From: Candidatus Acidiferrales bacterium
GTDB taxonomy: Bacteria > Acidobacteriota > Terriglobia > Acidiferrales > UBA7541
DNA length: 64,000 nt
Assembly (NCBI GenBank): GCA_035602725.1
Contig: DATNLT010000049.1
Location: 2,524-66,523, forward strand
Direction of reading: 5' to 3'
Positions 62,796 through 64,000 of the stretch are shown piece by piece. The notes below the pieces were generated by a model. The model worked only from the letters and a program-made list of their open reading frames with translations. It was not told where the DNA came from and made no database searches. Within the stretch, counting starts at the first letter, position 1. Each line of letters starts with the position of its first letter. The translations under genes and the position numbers were made by a program.

Positions 62796-64000
62796 GTGAG
62801 TGAATCGAAGATACAGTCCGGCCCGCCCCACTCACCGAAGGTACGGTTCTCCACGCTTTCCGGCCTTGCGCTTGAGCCCGTTTACATACGTGAACCGGAC
62901 GGATGGGACGCCGAATCTTCGCTCGGCTTCCCAGGCGAATATCCCTTCACCCGCGGCATTTACCCCACAATGTATCGCGGCCGCCTGTGGACCATGCGGC
63001 AATATGCGGGTTTTGGCTCCGCGGAGGAGTCGAATCGCCGGTACCGCTATCTTTTGAGCCAAGGACAAGCTGGACTTTCGGTAGCGTTTGATTTGCCCAC
63101 ACAGATCGGGCTCGATTCCGATCACGCGCTCGCGCAGGGCGAAGTCGGTAAGGTCGGCGTGGCCATCGACTCGCTGGAAGATATGGAAATGCTCTTCGAC
63201 GGTATTCCGCTCGAGCGCGTTTCCACCTCGATGACAATCAATTCCACCGCTGCGATTCTCTTGGCCCTATATGTCGCCGTCGCGAAAAAGCAGGGTGCCG
63301 ATTTGCGGAAGCTCTCCGGCACCGTGCAGAACGATATCCTCAAGGAATACATCGCGCGTGGGACGTTTATCTATCCGGTGGCGCCCGCGATGCGGATTGT
63401 CACCGATATTTTCGCGTGGTGCCAGGCCGAGCTGCCGCGTTGGAACACAATATCTATTTCCGGTTATCACATCCGCGAAGCGGGCTCGACGGCGGTTCAG
63501 GAAGTTGCGTTCACTCTCGCCGATGCGATTGCCTATGTGGACGCGGCCCTGCCAGCAGGTCTCGCGGTGGACGAATTCGCACCGCAGCTATCTTTTTTCT
63601 TTAACGCGCATAGCGACCTTCTCGAAGAAGTAGCGAAGTACCGCGCCGCGCGGCGGCTGTGGGCGCGGCTGATGCGCGAACGCTTTGGCGCACGCGATGC
63701 CCGGTCGCTATTGATGCGTTTTCACGTGCAGACTGCGGGGTCTTCGCTCACCGCCCAACAACCCGAAAACAATATCGTACGCGTGGCGATGCAGGCGTTG
63801 GCGGCGGTTTTAGGTGGCTGTCAGTCCTTGCATACAAACGCGCTTGATGAAGCGTTGGCTCTCCCCACAGAAGATTCCGCGCTCCTGGCGCTGCGTACCC
63901 AGCAGGTTTTGGCGCACGAAACCGGCGTTCCAAACACGGTTGATCCGGTCGCGGGCTCCTATGCGATCGAAGACTTGACGGACCGTATCGAGGCCGGAGC
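62796..64000 (+). CDS. methylmalonyl-CoA mutase family catalytic (N-terminal) domain protein (partial; runs off the right window edge)
   Basis: My own translation from GTG 62796 reads VSESKIQSG...[66 protein letters not shown] ... [10 protein letters not shown] ... [20 protein letters not shown]. It is absent from the ORF track because there is no stop in the window. Confidence 0.9.
   Translation, partial: MSESKIQSGPPHSPKVRFSTLSGLALEPVYIREPDGWDAESSLGFPGEYPFTRGIYPTMYRGRLWTMRQYAGFGSAEESNRRYRYLLSQGQAGLSVAFDLPTQIGLDSDHALAQGEVGKVGVAIDSLEDMEMLFDGIPLERVSTSMTINSTAAILLALYVAVAKKQGADLRKLSGTVQNDILKEYIARGTFIYPVAPAMRIVTDIFAWCQAELPRWNTISISGYHIREAGSTAVQEVAFTLADAIAYVDAALPAGLAVDEFAPQLSFFFNAHSDLLEEVAKYRAARRLWARLMRERFGARDARSLLMRFHVQTAGSSLTAQQPENNIVRVAMQALAAVLGGCQSLHTNALDEALALPTEDSALLALRTQQVLAHETGVPNTVDPVAGSYAIEDLTDRIEAG

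Noticed and set aside
62355-62831. The N-terminal 159 codons of the 265-aa minus-strand ORF 62034..62831.
   Set aside because: The sequence is Arg/Pro/Ser-rich shadow-like sequence. The + strand here encodes a more plausible two-TM small protein (62516..62773). I kept only the C-terminal 106 codons from ATG 62354.
1-64000. Mobile elements, prophage, CRISPR arrays, toxin-antitoxin or known defence systems.
   Set aside because: I saw no transposase, integrase, Cas, restriction or abortive-infection signatures in any frame of the track. I also saw no spaced direct-repeat arrays. The PIN domain present is the housekeeping YacL-type PIN/TRAM membrane protein, not a VapC toxin with an adjacent antitoxin.

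Overview
High-GC, densely coding chromosomal segment with about 62 protein-coding genes. I found no rRNA, tRNA, CRISPR array, transposase, integrase or phage gene by eye. The gene content points to an Acidobacteriota (Terriglobia-like) core genome. That is an inference from a PadR plus ADOP-type duplicated orphan FtsX permease pair, an acidobacterial-type VWA protein, several CarboxypepD_reg-like proteins and a tricorn-like protease.

Gene blocks, left to right:
- yebC-ruvC on the minus strand.
- PadR/ADOP permease, a rhodanese and a ThiF/MoeB-type E1.
- A translationally coupled bamA / surA-like / tamB envelope block.
- kynU-like, tricorn-like S41 protease, pcm, a GT2 and uppS.
- An ECF sigma / anti-sigma / DUF4097-like beta-helix module.
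- A NUDIX gene divergent from a small operon headed by a LysW-like zinc-ribbon protein with a hyper-acidic tail.
- A TPR protein.
- A Firmicute-like housekeeping run: ispE-prs-ctc-pth-rpsF-rpsR-rplI-dnaB-alr.
- yacL-like PIN/TRAM protein, a membrane alpha/beta hydrolase, ispD, a Clp_N::ispF fusion, a stand-alone GluRS anticodon-binding-like domain and rlmB.
- apt and acyP.
- A 1228-aa GH35-like protein.
- HAD, PilZ, EamA and ada.
- An eight-gene minus-strand cluster ending in a Lol-like set (lipoprotein, FtsX permease, ABC ATPase, LolA-like protein).
- The 5' part of a methylmalonyl-CoA mutase gene.

I see no clear defence island or mobile element. The most unusual items:
1. The orphan LysW-like acidic protein operon.
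2. The Clp_N-IspF fusion.
3. The free-standing GluRS C-terminal domain sitting where gltX sits in Firmicutes.
4. A probably frameshifted membrane-inserted hydrolase.
5. The compact Lol-like cluster with a LolB-position lipoprotein.
6. A GH35-like giant protein that seems to lack the catalytic ENEYG motif.

All family assignments come from reading motifs in the translations. No database search was run.
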